This document shows positions 50,380-61,383 of a stretch of 64,000 nucleotides of DNA, piece by piece. How positions within the stretch are numbered: the stretch's first letter is position 1; each line of letters starts with the position of its first letter. The position numbers and the translations under genes are program-made. The notes under the pieces are model-generated. The model was not told the origin of the DNA. It saw only the letters and a program-made list of their open reading frames with translations, and did no database searches. The stretch is from Zygnema circumcarinatum SAG 698-1b (Eukaryota; Plantae; Zygnematophyceae): positions 2,170,001 to 2,234,000 of the forward strand of contig CM074806.1 of NCBI GenBank assembly GCA_037447605.1. The letters are read 5' to 3'.

Positions 50380-53300
50380 ATGGGGGAAAGGGCTGCGGGC
50401 CTGCTGCCGCGGCCGCCAAGAGCTCGCCATGGCGGCCGCATTTGGCAAGATCTCTCTGCGCGTGAGGCGGGGATTCGGCACCCACGGGCGCTGCCTGCAG
50501 CCGTCCGCGCGAGGCGCCTGGCTGCCATAGAGCTGGCGCAGTACCGTGACATCATTTCAGGGTACCGTGCTGCGGTGAACAGTCTGCAGGTGGGCGTCTG
50601 AACGAATGGATGCTTGTGTGGAGGCTGTCTTATGATAGATTCTGGCGAGGTAGGGAACCGTTGGTAGGTGTGAAAGTTACGATCCTGGATGCATGGGGCT
50701 CGTGGAAAGTCAAACGTGTTAAATTTCTAGTCACGATTCGAGCCTGTTCTATCCTCAGTCGTCTGCTTGTCCTTGTTACTGAATTTTGACATTCACTTAG
50801 TCATACTGAACATTCGTTTCTGCTAACTCTTTGAATGTTTTATGTGTCGAGAACTCTGTACCTCAACACTAAACTGCTGTTGTTGGTTCAGACTTGACAA
50901 CACTTCTCAGCACTTTCTGTGCAGCATGATCTTCAGTGCTATCTATCTCGGTTATCTGTCGAACCGCCCGAACAAGCTGACAAGGTTAGGGAGTCTCCCA
51001 TGCTGCAGGTGGATTCAGCGGAAGCTCGGTACCTCCTTTCCGGAGGAGCTGATGGTTCGATCGCAATTCATGATATCCAGGCGCCAACCAATTACGATGG
51101 GAAGACTGGAGCCTCTCGACATGAAGCTCTTCACTGTGTGGACAGAAATGCACCGCAGAGCCATCGGTTTTCTGTGTCATCAATCCAATGGTATCCGATT
51201 GACACGGGTCTATTCATCTCGGGATCATTTGACAAAAACGTTAATGTATGGGACACGAATTCACTTCAGGTATTTGTCTTTACGATTTTGCAGCATAGTG
51301 GGAAAAAATTAAAAGCATTTCCGCATAGGATGTTGCAGTACTTTGAGAACAGGTAATTGCTCAGATGTAATTTCTCATTCTTTACAGATGGCTGATGCAA
51401 TCGGGAGTAACGAAAACATGTTAGAATATTGTTTTGTTGTTGTCCTGCTAGTTCATGCAGTTCTATACGTACTACAGAAAATTTTGCAAGTAGTCATTGT
51501 TGACGAGGGCTAGCTTGTTATAGTCTTTACTTCTCCTTGTCAACTTATTGTGTGGCTGGGAAGCATTGCGATTGATGGCTAGAAACACAGTGGCTAGCTC
51601 GTCTTCTCTGGTCTTGCTTGACTTGTCTTGAGGGTTGTTCGTAAGCATTAGTTTGCAAGAAATCTACCACTGCGAATCGCCGTGGAGTGTTGGAGAATAG
51701 CGCTTGTACTGCGCTTGCTAGCGCCCACTAAGACGAGCTTCTTTTCTTTGTTTCTGAGAATTGCAGGTTGCTCTCCAATTCCCGATGCCAGGAAAAGTGT
51801 ATGCAGTTGCTATGTCAGCAATTGCCAGCACTCATACGCTTATTGCTGTTGGATCGGAAGATCATCGTGTGAGATTGTGCGATATTTCTACTGGCGCATG
51901 TACACATACTTTGACAGGGCACAGAGGTAAGCCTCTAGATTAGGGTTTTTGTTGAAGGCTATCATAAGTTTTGTGAGAAATAAGGTGTGTACTTGTGGTT
52001 GACAACAGGCTTGTATTGAATGGTAACGTATACAATCTTTAGGAGTTTAGAAAAGTTTGAGCCTTCTGTTTAATTTTCTCGTGAGCACCCGCTTTGTTCA
52101 CTTGCTGCTGTAATTTTAGTTGGGGAGTTCCTTTCATGTGCATTGTGGGGAGCAAGAATGCTAGATTCAGCCGTTGGTTCCCTACGAAGTATTGTCATGT
52201 AGTATAGTGTCGTGAAAAAAGCCATTCTTTCTCTAGAAAGAATGGCTTGACAAGGTTCTGCCGTCGCACATGCAATGGGAAACGGTTTCCTCCGAGGCTT
52301 CCCTTCTGTACTTGCATCAGGGTCCCAGCACATTTGGATATCTATGTGCTCTACACTACAAAACCCCTCCAGTCCTTGTCCAACGAAACAACGTTTGACG
52401 AGACTTATGCAAGAGTCGTTGCAATGGACTTGTGTTGAATCTGTGAGGGGGTTGTGTAGACTATTTAGGTACAGAAGAAACTTGAGCACACCACTCATCT
52501 TGATGGTGACGCCTTCAATGGGCCATGTGTTTCATACAGATGCTACATGGGCTGTGCAATGGTCTGTCTCAAGTGAGTGGATATTGGCCTCCGGTGGATG
52601 TGATGGTGCTGTTCGGCTATGGGACATTCGGAGGGCTGGCTGCTTTTTGCTGTTGGATCAACACCGGTCTAGTGTGGAAAATTGGAAGAACAAACTCGAT
52701 GGCTCAGTCGTGTCACAAGGAATGCGGCAGGCAACCTCAGGCAAGACAAGCAAGCAGGTACAAAAATCAGCCAGTTGAGGCAGAGACGACTTTTCTCTAG
52801 GCCAGAGCAGTGCAGTCCCGGTGCCTGCTGCTGTGCAGTGCACATGATATGGAAATTTTACAAAGTTCGTAATGCAGGAGCTCCTGGAAGCAATCTTTCA
52901 TGTTACCAGTATTTTGATGAATCTAGCATCTTTAGGGAATTTGTTAGTCTATACTGCAGAGGTCACAGCGGCCACTTGTAGCCACCCTGGAGGTTTCTTG
53001 TTGGGGTTTTTGTTTCGAGTAGTAAGGTGCGATGCGAATTCTTCATGCGCAAACGTGTTGTGATCTTCAGGTGGGCAAAGGGCAAGGAGTGCCGCCCTCT
53101 AGCAGGAATGCTCAGGCTTCCAAGATTATGAAAGCATCCATACCGGAGCGTAGAGTGCATCCTGGAATGCTGTCTGAGCGTGACCGAGAGACTGCTCATG
53201 ACGGGCCTGTAACTGCTCTTCAGATGACGCCTGATGGCCGCCACTTACTATCTACAGGTGAGCAAGTCTTGACTGTTTTGGGCCCTGATGCAAGTTAGGA

Positions 53301-56300
53301 ATGTTATGAAGTGGCCCATAACGATGGCACCGGTGGATAGAAGTTTGCGATAGTTAGTATGAGATTATCCACGATACTCGCTTTCTCTCAGCCGGATTTC
53401 ATTTGGATGGTCTGTGCCAAGCTAACCCAGCTCACGGAGTTCAAATAGGTTTAATCTGGGACTCTTGAATTAACATATAGTTTTTTTTCAATAACCTGAC
53501 TAAATGCTTATGGACGGTCGAGCGTGAGGTGTTTTTCCCGCCAGATGCTCAACATTTACCGTAAGCTAAAGGAACCGGGGCCATCCTCTCTTTTGCCTGT
53601 GATTCGTGAGCTGGCTTTCTGAGGCTGGCCCAACATTCGACAATAAGTTGCAACTGAAGATGAGAATATTCATCTTAGAACCATATTCTCAGTTAGACAG
53701 TATCTGGTATCTGTTTAGCATGTTCATGCAAATAAGCCAGCACAGTTGTGAGTTTATCTTTAGCTAATTTGCAAGAGTAAGCAGTGTGGTGTCGTTTTTT
53801 TTCTTTTCTTAATGAAGTCATGAAACTGATGCGCCGTGATAGGCCTGCCACACCTCACAAAGTTAAATACGAAATCTCCGCTGCTTTTTTCCATTCCTTG
53901 CGCACTCCTCCCCCCACGAAATAGCTGTGTGGCTCGTTCCGGACATTACCGATATTATGAAAATGTTGGTGATTGAAGCTGCATTTTCATGTTTCAACTT
54001 TTGTGATCGGTTGAATCTCCGGAGTTGAAAGCCGTGGTGGAAAGTTTCCAAACTTTCAAAACTGAGCTTTTCAACTTCGAATCTTGAACCCTCCCACCGT
54101 ATGTGGCACCCGGTTGACAGGCGGATGAAAGCTGGACGGTGCCGCGTTGGGGCCTGCCAGCGCTAAGTGGAGGGCGTCACGTGGCATTTTGCGAAGCCTC
54201 ATATATCGAGTAGTAGATTCTTTGAGGCTGCCCAGGGGGGGTGAGCACGGGCGCGGGCAGGCCGAAACCCTCTTTTGTCTGCCTTATCTTCCGGGTTGTA
54301 GTCAAACGTGGATAATGTGGGAAGTGACGAGAGCCATGTGCTACGTGTCAGCGTTTGGTTGGCGCCTTAGATTCTGTCAGTTTACCCCATTTCTTATGTT
54401 TTGGGTCCGGACGAGTGCCCAACGTTAGAAAGGCTCGTTCGCCTTTCATTACCTCAACCGTCTGTATGTGCGCCGGTGACATCCGCAAAGTTGGAAACCT
54501 GAATAAATTCTAAGAACTTGAAAACGTTGAAACATGAAAACGCACCTATGTAAGTCATGTACTTCTGAAGGTTTTTAGGTTCAGATGATTTCGGTGTGAG
54601 AATCTCACAGGTGAATAGCATAGCAGTTTGCTGTTATATTGTAATCTTACTATGTGATCACTTTTGAGCTCTCTCCAAGCTGGTAGTTTGTGCCAGCCCA
54701 ACTTTTTGCTGGTATGGTCTGATAGCTGAGTGATGGGACGGAGCTTTGGCAGGCACCGACTCCCGAATGCGGCTTTGGGACCTCGCCAGTGGTTGCAATA
54801 TGCTTGTTAATTATGCGGGCACTCGCAATCGTGCAGCGAAAGGCACTCAAATTGCAATTTCGCCTGACGGCTCGAGGGTCTACCATCCTTCAGGAAACGT
54901 CATTCAGGTAGTACGAGCTGCCACTGCTTTTGGTGTATCTTTTAGACACTAGTTTGATGTATGACCCGTCAACAGGTCCAGGGGTTTTAGAATGGAGACA
55001 AGTGAGTAGTTATAGCAATATAATAAGAAGCCAAGAAATACAGCTTAACGAGCTTGTCGTTTTACCGATTTTTTTTTGGTCTATTGCAGATTATCTTGTT
55101 TAATGTTATTATGGTAATGAAGGCTTGGTATACTTCCGTTTATGCCCATGAAATGTGCTCGATGTTGTCGATTGCTTCAGAGTGAATTTGTCTGGATGGT
55201 TCAGACCTTTTGGTTGAGGGCATTCTGATGCCTGCTCTCACTTGACACTGAAACTGTATAGCAACTGCAAGGGCTCTAATCGATTTGTTTGAACAGTGCT
55301 TGTGAATTTGGTGCTTGCCCTTCTCTTCGTCAATCTCATTCATATTTTGGTACACAAAGCGCAAGGAGTGTTCCACATTTATGACTTATTTTCAGTCCAG
55401 TGAATGAGCATTAATGAATTGGATTTGTTGAATTGGATAGCGACCAAATGCATCGATTAAAGAAGCTAAAGAAAGTGTCCGTTTTGCTTCGAGTTCATGG
55501 AATTCTGGGTTGCGCCTGCTCAATCAAACAGGTTTTTGACGTATGGACAGGACAACGGCTATCGGTTCTGAAGGGCCACTACGACCTTGTCCACTGCTGT
55601 ACCTTCCATCCATTCGATCAGGTAGCACTGCGCCACCTTCAACATTGCCTTCAGCAAATAGAGAAGATCAAGCCCTCAGACATTTTCTTGTTAACACTAT
55701 AAATCACACAACCTGCTGAATTCTGATCCTGTGGGAGTGTGTTACGATTCTTGTAGCTGTCAAAAAGTGCTTTTTGGCCCTCTGGTTTCAGAAGTGATAG
55801 TTGTACGCTGTACGTACTGTCACATGGACTGTACATTCTCCAAAAATGGCTTGTGTTGAACTGCCTCGCTTTCAGATTTGTGTCTCCACATTGGTAGTCT
55901 GGATAGAAATGGACCTCGCCATTGCTGTGGCAAAATTAAGGCGAATTTCATTTTGCCTATGTAGCTATTTTAGGGTTTTTTTAATTTGGAGTCGGGTGCA
56001 ATCCAATACAGGAGTTTTATAGCGGAAGTGGAGATCGTCAGATTTTAGTGTGGGGACCACCCGCACCACCCGATCTCCTTCAAGACCGGATGCGGAAGGT
56101 AAGCAGCTTCAGCCAGTCTGACGAAGCGTATGTCTGCCTCTATGTTTTGCTGAAAGTTCCTTACCTTTTTTATGGCAGTAATCGCTTACCTATCTACTTC
56201 TCTTATTCTGACTTCTCAGACATGTCTGTATCATTATCTGGCAGCAATGGGAATGATTTATGCCTGTGGTCTGGGAATTGATTACTGTGGACTAGTAAGA

Positions 56301-56479
56301 GTCAATATTTGTGTTTTATTAACTTGTTTTTGTGCCTCATGGTTTAACATGCCAAAAAAGGGCCTTCATGGGTGCAGGAGGGAGGGAAGGTAACAGGTGG
56401 CACTCTGCCGGACGTGGACGCCTGGAGCGACGATGAGGAACCCTCAAGGAGTCGGCTGAAATTCAGAAGGCTTCTGTAA
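50380..56479 (+). CDS. CSA: CSA/ERCC8 WD40 protein (transcription-coupled repair, CUL4-DDB1 receptor); 9 coding exons; start codon uncertain
   Basis: AVNSLQ|VDSAEARYLLSGGADG, WYPIDTGLFISGSFD, RLCDISTGACTHTLTGHR, GGCDGAVRLWDIRRAGCF, VHPGMLS, LKGHYDLVHCC, GDRQILVW and C-terminal DAWSDDE. Confidence 0.93.
53977..54547. mobile_element. Candidate MITE-like insertion in CSA intron 5
   Basis: 22-bp inverted repeats with 2 mismatches: agctgcattttcatgtttcaac (53977-53998) versus gttgaaacatgaaaacgcacct (54526-54547). Inner inverted words aagtttccaaacttt and aaagttggaaacct. No clear target-site duplication. Confidence 0.55.
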
Positions 56480-57439
56480 ACTGCAACAAGTGATGCTTCA
56501 CTGATCTTTGTTACACACGGCGGACCTTCTCCTGAAACGACCTCTACGGACAGCCAACTTTCTGTTCGCCATTGGAGTAGGGGTGGCCATGACTCCAGCC
56601 AGTTGACTAGACCGTTGCCATGTTAAGTGGAACCACGTCCACTTATTTTTGACGTATGACACTATGATTGGCTCAACATTTACGGGATACATGCAACTAA
56701 GTCAGTGGCTCGAGCCGGCGCGAGTAATTGCCTTCTCTACATTGGAGGCATTGGGGGCTTCGGTATTTGTGCCAAGGGACAATGAATTGGCTCGCTTCAT
56801 GTTGGCCTCGAGGATGGAGTTAAGGAGATATATTGGCGGTGGGACACGTATGCTCATAGTACTCGGTGGAGCCGGGACTGAACAGGTTTATTTAGGACAA
56901 TGTGAATATTGTTTGTAAATTTCATCTCCCGGTTATATCCATGCACTACCATGCTATCATCGTTGTCGACCTAGATCTAGCCAACTCTCAAAAAGCACAT
57001 GCTGAAGACGTTAGCTCGACATCTTCTTGTTGATTTTGATAGGATAGTCTGCATAGCAATGGAATACTGAGAATAACACACTGACAGGTCAGCAAATAGC
57101 GTTCATTCACACGATCTGTCGAGCAGTTGATACAGCCGCCCCTTTTTTTGAGCGGATTGTCATCACTGTAGTGAGTGTGGTCATGCAACCTGCGGCGCTC
57201 ATTGGCTGCAGCCAGATTTCACACCACGCAGTGCAGATTGTAATGTCCTCAGTATTGCACTCTCACCTTGGCCTTTGCATGGAGCCATCACAAAACCTTC
57301 TGGCTGTGAGGCCGCTTGTAATCTATGCTGCATGGCTTGCAGCTGACTTCTTTTGCTCTAAGCTTGTTCACCATGGAGCCAACTTCGATATCGTACTTTC
57401 ACATCGTCTTCAGTGTTTACTTCAAGCAACCTCCAGATC

Positions 57440-57670
57440 GTTGGCGCCAGATCGAAACAACCATTCGAATTGTTCGCAACCAGTATGGTCCGCGCAAGCC
57501 TGGCTCAGCCATCTCTCCTGCTTTGTTTGTTTGGTGCAGGAAGAAGTGGACGCCAATGGTTGGCAACAATTCGACTGGTTCGGGACCATTGGATCCAATG
57601 CTTGCCAACCATTCGAATGTTTCGGGGCCGGCGAACACCAATGGTTGGCAACCATTCGACTGGTTGCCGA
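57440..57670. repeat. AACCA/TGGTT palindrome array (locus 3 of 3)
   Basis: cgaaacaaccattcgaa is the reverse complement of the locus-2 word ttcgaatggttgtttcg-type. Also ccaatggttggcaaccattcgactggtt. Confidence 0.8.
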
Positions 57671-59611
57671 ACATTAGACGCTTGAATTCACACACAAATT
57701 CACACGAATTGGATATTAAACATCAGGACATTGCTGACATCAAAATATTAACCCAGAAAGACGACCTCCCAGCACACCAAACGTTGGAGAATGAAGTGAT
57801 TTGAAAAGAGGTCCATTGTCCAAATAGTTGCCAATTATCACCCACACGTTTGTATCAAACGAGGTAGGATGATTGTACTGCTCTGTGAAAACTCGTCATA
57901 GATGATGATTACATCCTCATGTGATGTTGAACACGCCGCACGAAGGGTGCATGGTTCAACTTCGTTCATTTAAGAATGAAAAAGTTGGAAACCGCAACAG
58001 AGAGTTCATGAACCTCCAAAACAAAGTTTTCCCATTCAATAGCATTCCACATGTTGAATGACAATCGTTCGCACATGTGAGTCGATTGAATGTCAGAGGG
58101 CGCCACTTTCGCCCAGGAGAAAGCGGCACAGGGCGTGCGCATAGCACCTTGTGAACCACAAATGCCCAAAGTGCCAGCGAACTTTTTTCCCAGCGAAAAA
58201 GTCGCTCGAAAATTCTCCATGGTAACCGCGCTGGACTTCTCGAAAGCGCGACAGCGTGGAAAGGACAGGGTGAGATGTGCATGTCGCTATATCGTTTGGA
58301 TCTCGCTAATTTACCCATTTGCCCCATTTTTATATTCAGGCAAAAAAGCGCTACGCGAATAACATAGCGTCCGTGGTTAGGAGCTCGCTCAACAGCTCGC
58401 ACGCGCGAAATTTTACCAGTGATAGTGAACTACGTCAACCTTCGTTCAACTAAATAGACGAAAAAAGCGCACCCTGAGATTGTGCAAAAAAGTAACTTCT
58501 CCATGCAAGTATCGAGGTGCAAACAATAATATTGTGACTGCCCAATTAAGTGTCACGTTGTGACAAGCTCCACCAATACTCGCTCACAAAACGAAAGACT
58601 ACAATATTTGATAGAATGTCTGACACATCCTAACAAAGTCGCCTCCCTAAGGAGAAAGGAGGCACCAATTGACGGTTGAGATATTGCAATCCACTTTATC
58701 ATCTCTGGCAGGTGAAACCACGGGAAAGCGCACTAAGAGCGCATACAATAATAGCATCCGAAGAGCAGCAGGCACCACCCGACATACAAGTCCATCCCAG
58801 TACAGATTGCGATGCTATTAAAAGTCGCCCCTTCCTTCGGGCCCGTCATGTGGTCATACGCACTCGCACATATGAAGAGAAGTACGGAAAATAACTGTGA
58901 AACTTCCAGTCGTATGCACCAGAAATGGACACCAAGAATTTTGTATATACTTCATGCAAAACTAGAAAGCAGACCACGTGGACCCAAATGAAACCTACCA
59001 CTCCTGAAAAGGCCCCGAGGCACAGGTGGCATGCCAACCCTGAGCATGGGTTCAGCACACCACAGACAGCAGCCTACTTCCTTCGCCCATTACCCTCCTA
59101 CGTGTATGGCGATTGCTCCCCCAGATCCAAAAAAGTCATGTCCCAACATTGCAAGCATGCATGCCCCTGTTGATCCCCAGGACAGCAAGGAGCAGCCTGT
59201 CCCACATAGAAGCCGGCAGCACACCACATTCTTCAGCCATGGACACAGCCGGACCCTATGTTCGCTTGAACTCCAGGCCTTGGCAGGCCATACACAGGTC
59301 AAACCCTAGACACAGCACTTCGTCTAATGCATACACCGGACATCCAGACCGTGGGGAACAGCCAGAACCAAAGGCCATTCGGCCCATTTGCTTAACTTGG
59401 GAGGATGGCTCAGGAATTATATTGCGAGGGCTGAACTGTACATTAGCAACCCCATGATGTCAAAAAAACAAAGGAAGTCACATCCAGATGCAGTCGGTCG
59501 CTTCACTAACGCTACAGGAAGAAGAAGGATCAAGTAGTAAAAAGAAAATGACCACATAAAGAAATGACCTGCATGAAAGTAAAAAGCACACACACAACCA
59601 GGACCACTCTC

Positions 59612-60902
59612 CCAGCCTGTTCCCTGACTCCTCGACTAAGTCTTCCACACTTTCGACATCAGGCGATCTACATAATTCCATGATACGACTAATAAATCGC
59701 TCCGATATTGATAGATTGAAACTGGTAGAACTAACTTAGAGGGGAGTCAACCACGGTGGTTTGCAATTTTATATTAAGACCTCTAGCATAGTAGATAACA
59801 AATATCAGGCTGTCACCTTCCGCATCCTGATGTATGACAATTCAAAGCTTCCATAGCCTAATCCTTGAACAATTCGCCCTTTACAGGAGCTTGACAAGGA
59901 TCATGACGCGGCTACAGATTATAAAATTGAAAGATCGCTGCTTCTCCATAGGCGGAGAAAGCAACTTCACTTCATTCCTTCATTGAACTCTACAAGTAAA
60001 AGCCACAAGCTCACAGCCCTTTGAAGTACACACAAAAGCAGCTCACACACAACAAAACGAACCCCAAGCCAGGAAGTTAAGCATCAAACACGTCAGCATC
60101 CCGATGCCCCTATCACTGATTGCAGAGGAAGTGCAAAACCGGCCCCGCGCAGAAAGCAACTCCACAATGCCACACCTGGCCCGCCCAGAGCCCTCCCAGT
60201 CATGTCCATTAGGTGGCGACATCAGAGCTCCTGCACGCTGGCTAGCACTGCGGCCACAAGTCCATCGCGTCACATTTCTAAGCTTACCAGAGGGTCTGCA
60301 TAGACCCTGGGACCCTGGGAGGTGCCCCTTGGCCAGCTGCCCAGGGAAGAGGCCCTGCCTGCCCCAGCGGATGGCCCGCCCCGCCCAATCCACGCCCATG
60401 TGACCACATTAATGTGCCAATCTCTATTACCTACTTGAAACTTCTCCCAAGCTCAGACCCACACAGGTGCCACACTCATTACACACAATCCCGAATGATA
60501 GGCCGGAGCCAAAATTTTCCCTTTTAAAAAACATGCACGATTCACAGGTTTGTGCAACTTAATTTCTGGACACTCACTCAAAGCTGTCTGTACTATCGCG
60601 ACGGCAAAAGCCAAATTTGTTCTAGGTCCTAAACTAGGAGGTAGGAAACAAGGACACTCGTAGCCCATTAGTCTGCGCTAATGAAGGTTCGAGACACAGA
60701 CCAGCCTCTGGCCAACATGGTGCTGCAGCATCCCGAGCGAATCCTGCTGCTCAAACCTCACCTGCCAGGCCAGGGCTGCAGCACATAGCCATCAAGAGCA
60801 CTGAGCTGGGCCAGAACCTGGCAAAGATACACTCAACCCTCCAAAAGCGCCCCATCCCATGCCCATGACCCACACAGCTGATTCTGAAGAAAACCCAACA
60901 TC
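59612..60902 (-). repeat. Dispersed duplication, copy B (inverted; 3' of the RS-rich gene), with ~180-200 bp extra sequence near 59690-59870
   Basis: Reverse complement matches 37658-38747, for example gggtcatgggcatggg...ctttgccaggttctggcccagctcagtgc and gtagagttcaatgaaggaatgaagtgaag. Confidence 0.93.
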
Positions 60903-61383
60903 ATTGTATCTCCTTTTACGAGCTGCGGCTGCCGACCAAGTTAAAGCTTCCTGCTCCCCGGCTCCGCTCATGCCCCAACTGCGCAACATTTGCAGTCAAA
61001 TACTGAGAGAACTCAGCTAATATCCCTGCTGAAACAACTTGCGTTCGAGTACCATGACCGCCCATAGGTTCAGAAAACCCCGCAGAACTCTACTTCATCA
61101 ACTTCGCCCTCCATCACAACCAGGGCGAACCCTCGGCCAACTCCACCCCGGCCAGGCAACTGACTAAGGAAGATAATGAACGGCCCACCTGCAATACTTT
61201 TTCCCCCTGAAAATCCGATATCCAAGTTCAAGCCCTGTACCAGCTTCCAGCCAACCCAGAACAACACCAAACTCTGCACTCGATTTCTTTCAAGGATTCA
61301 GGAACCGATCCCTTCTTTCCCCACCTCCCTCCCAAGAAAACGAGCTGCCCACAAAGGCACTTCAGAGGGACCTAGCAAGTCAA

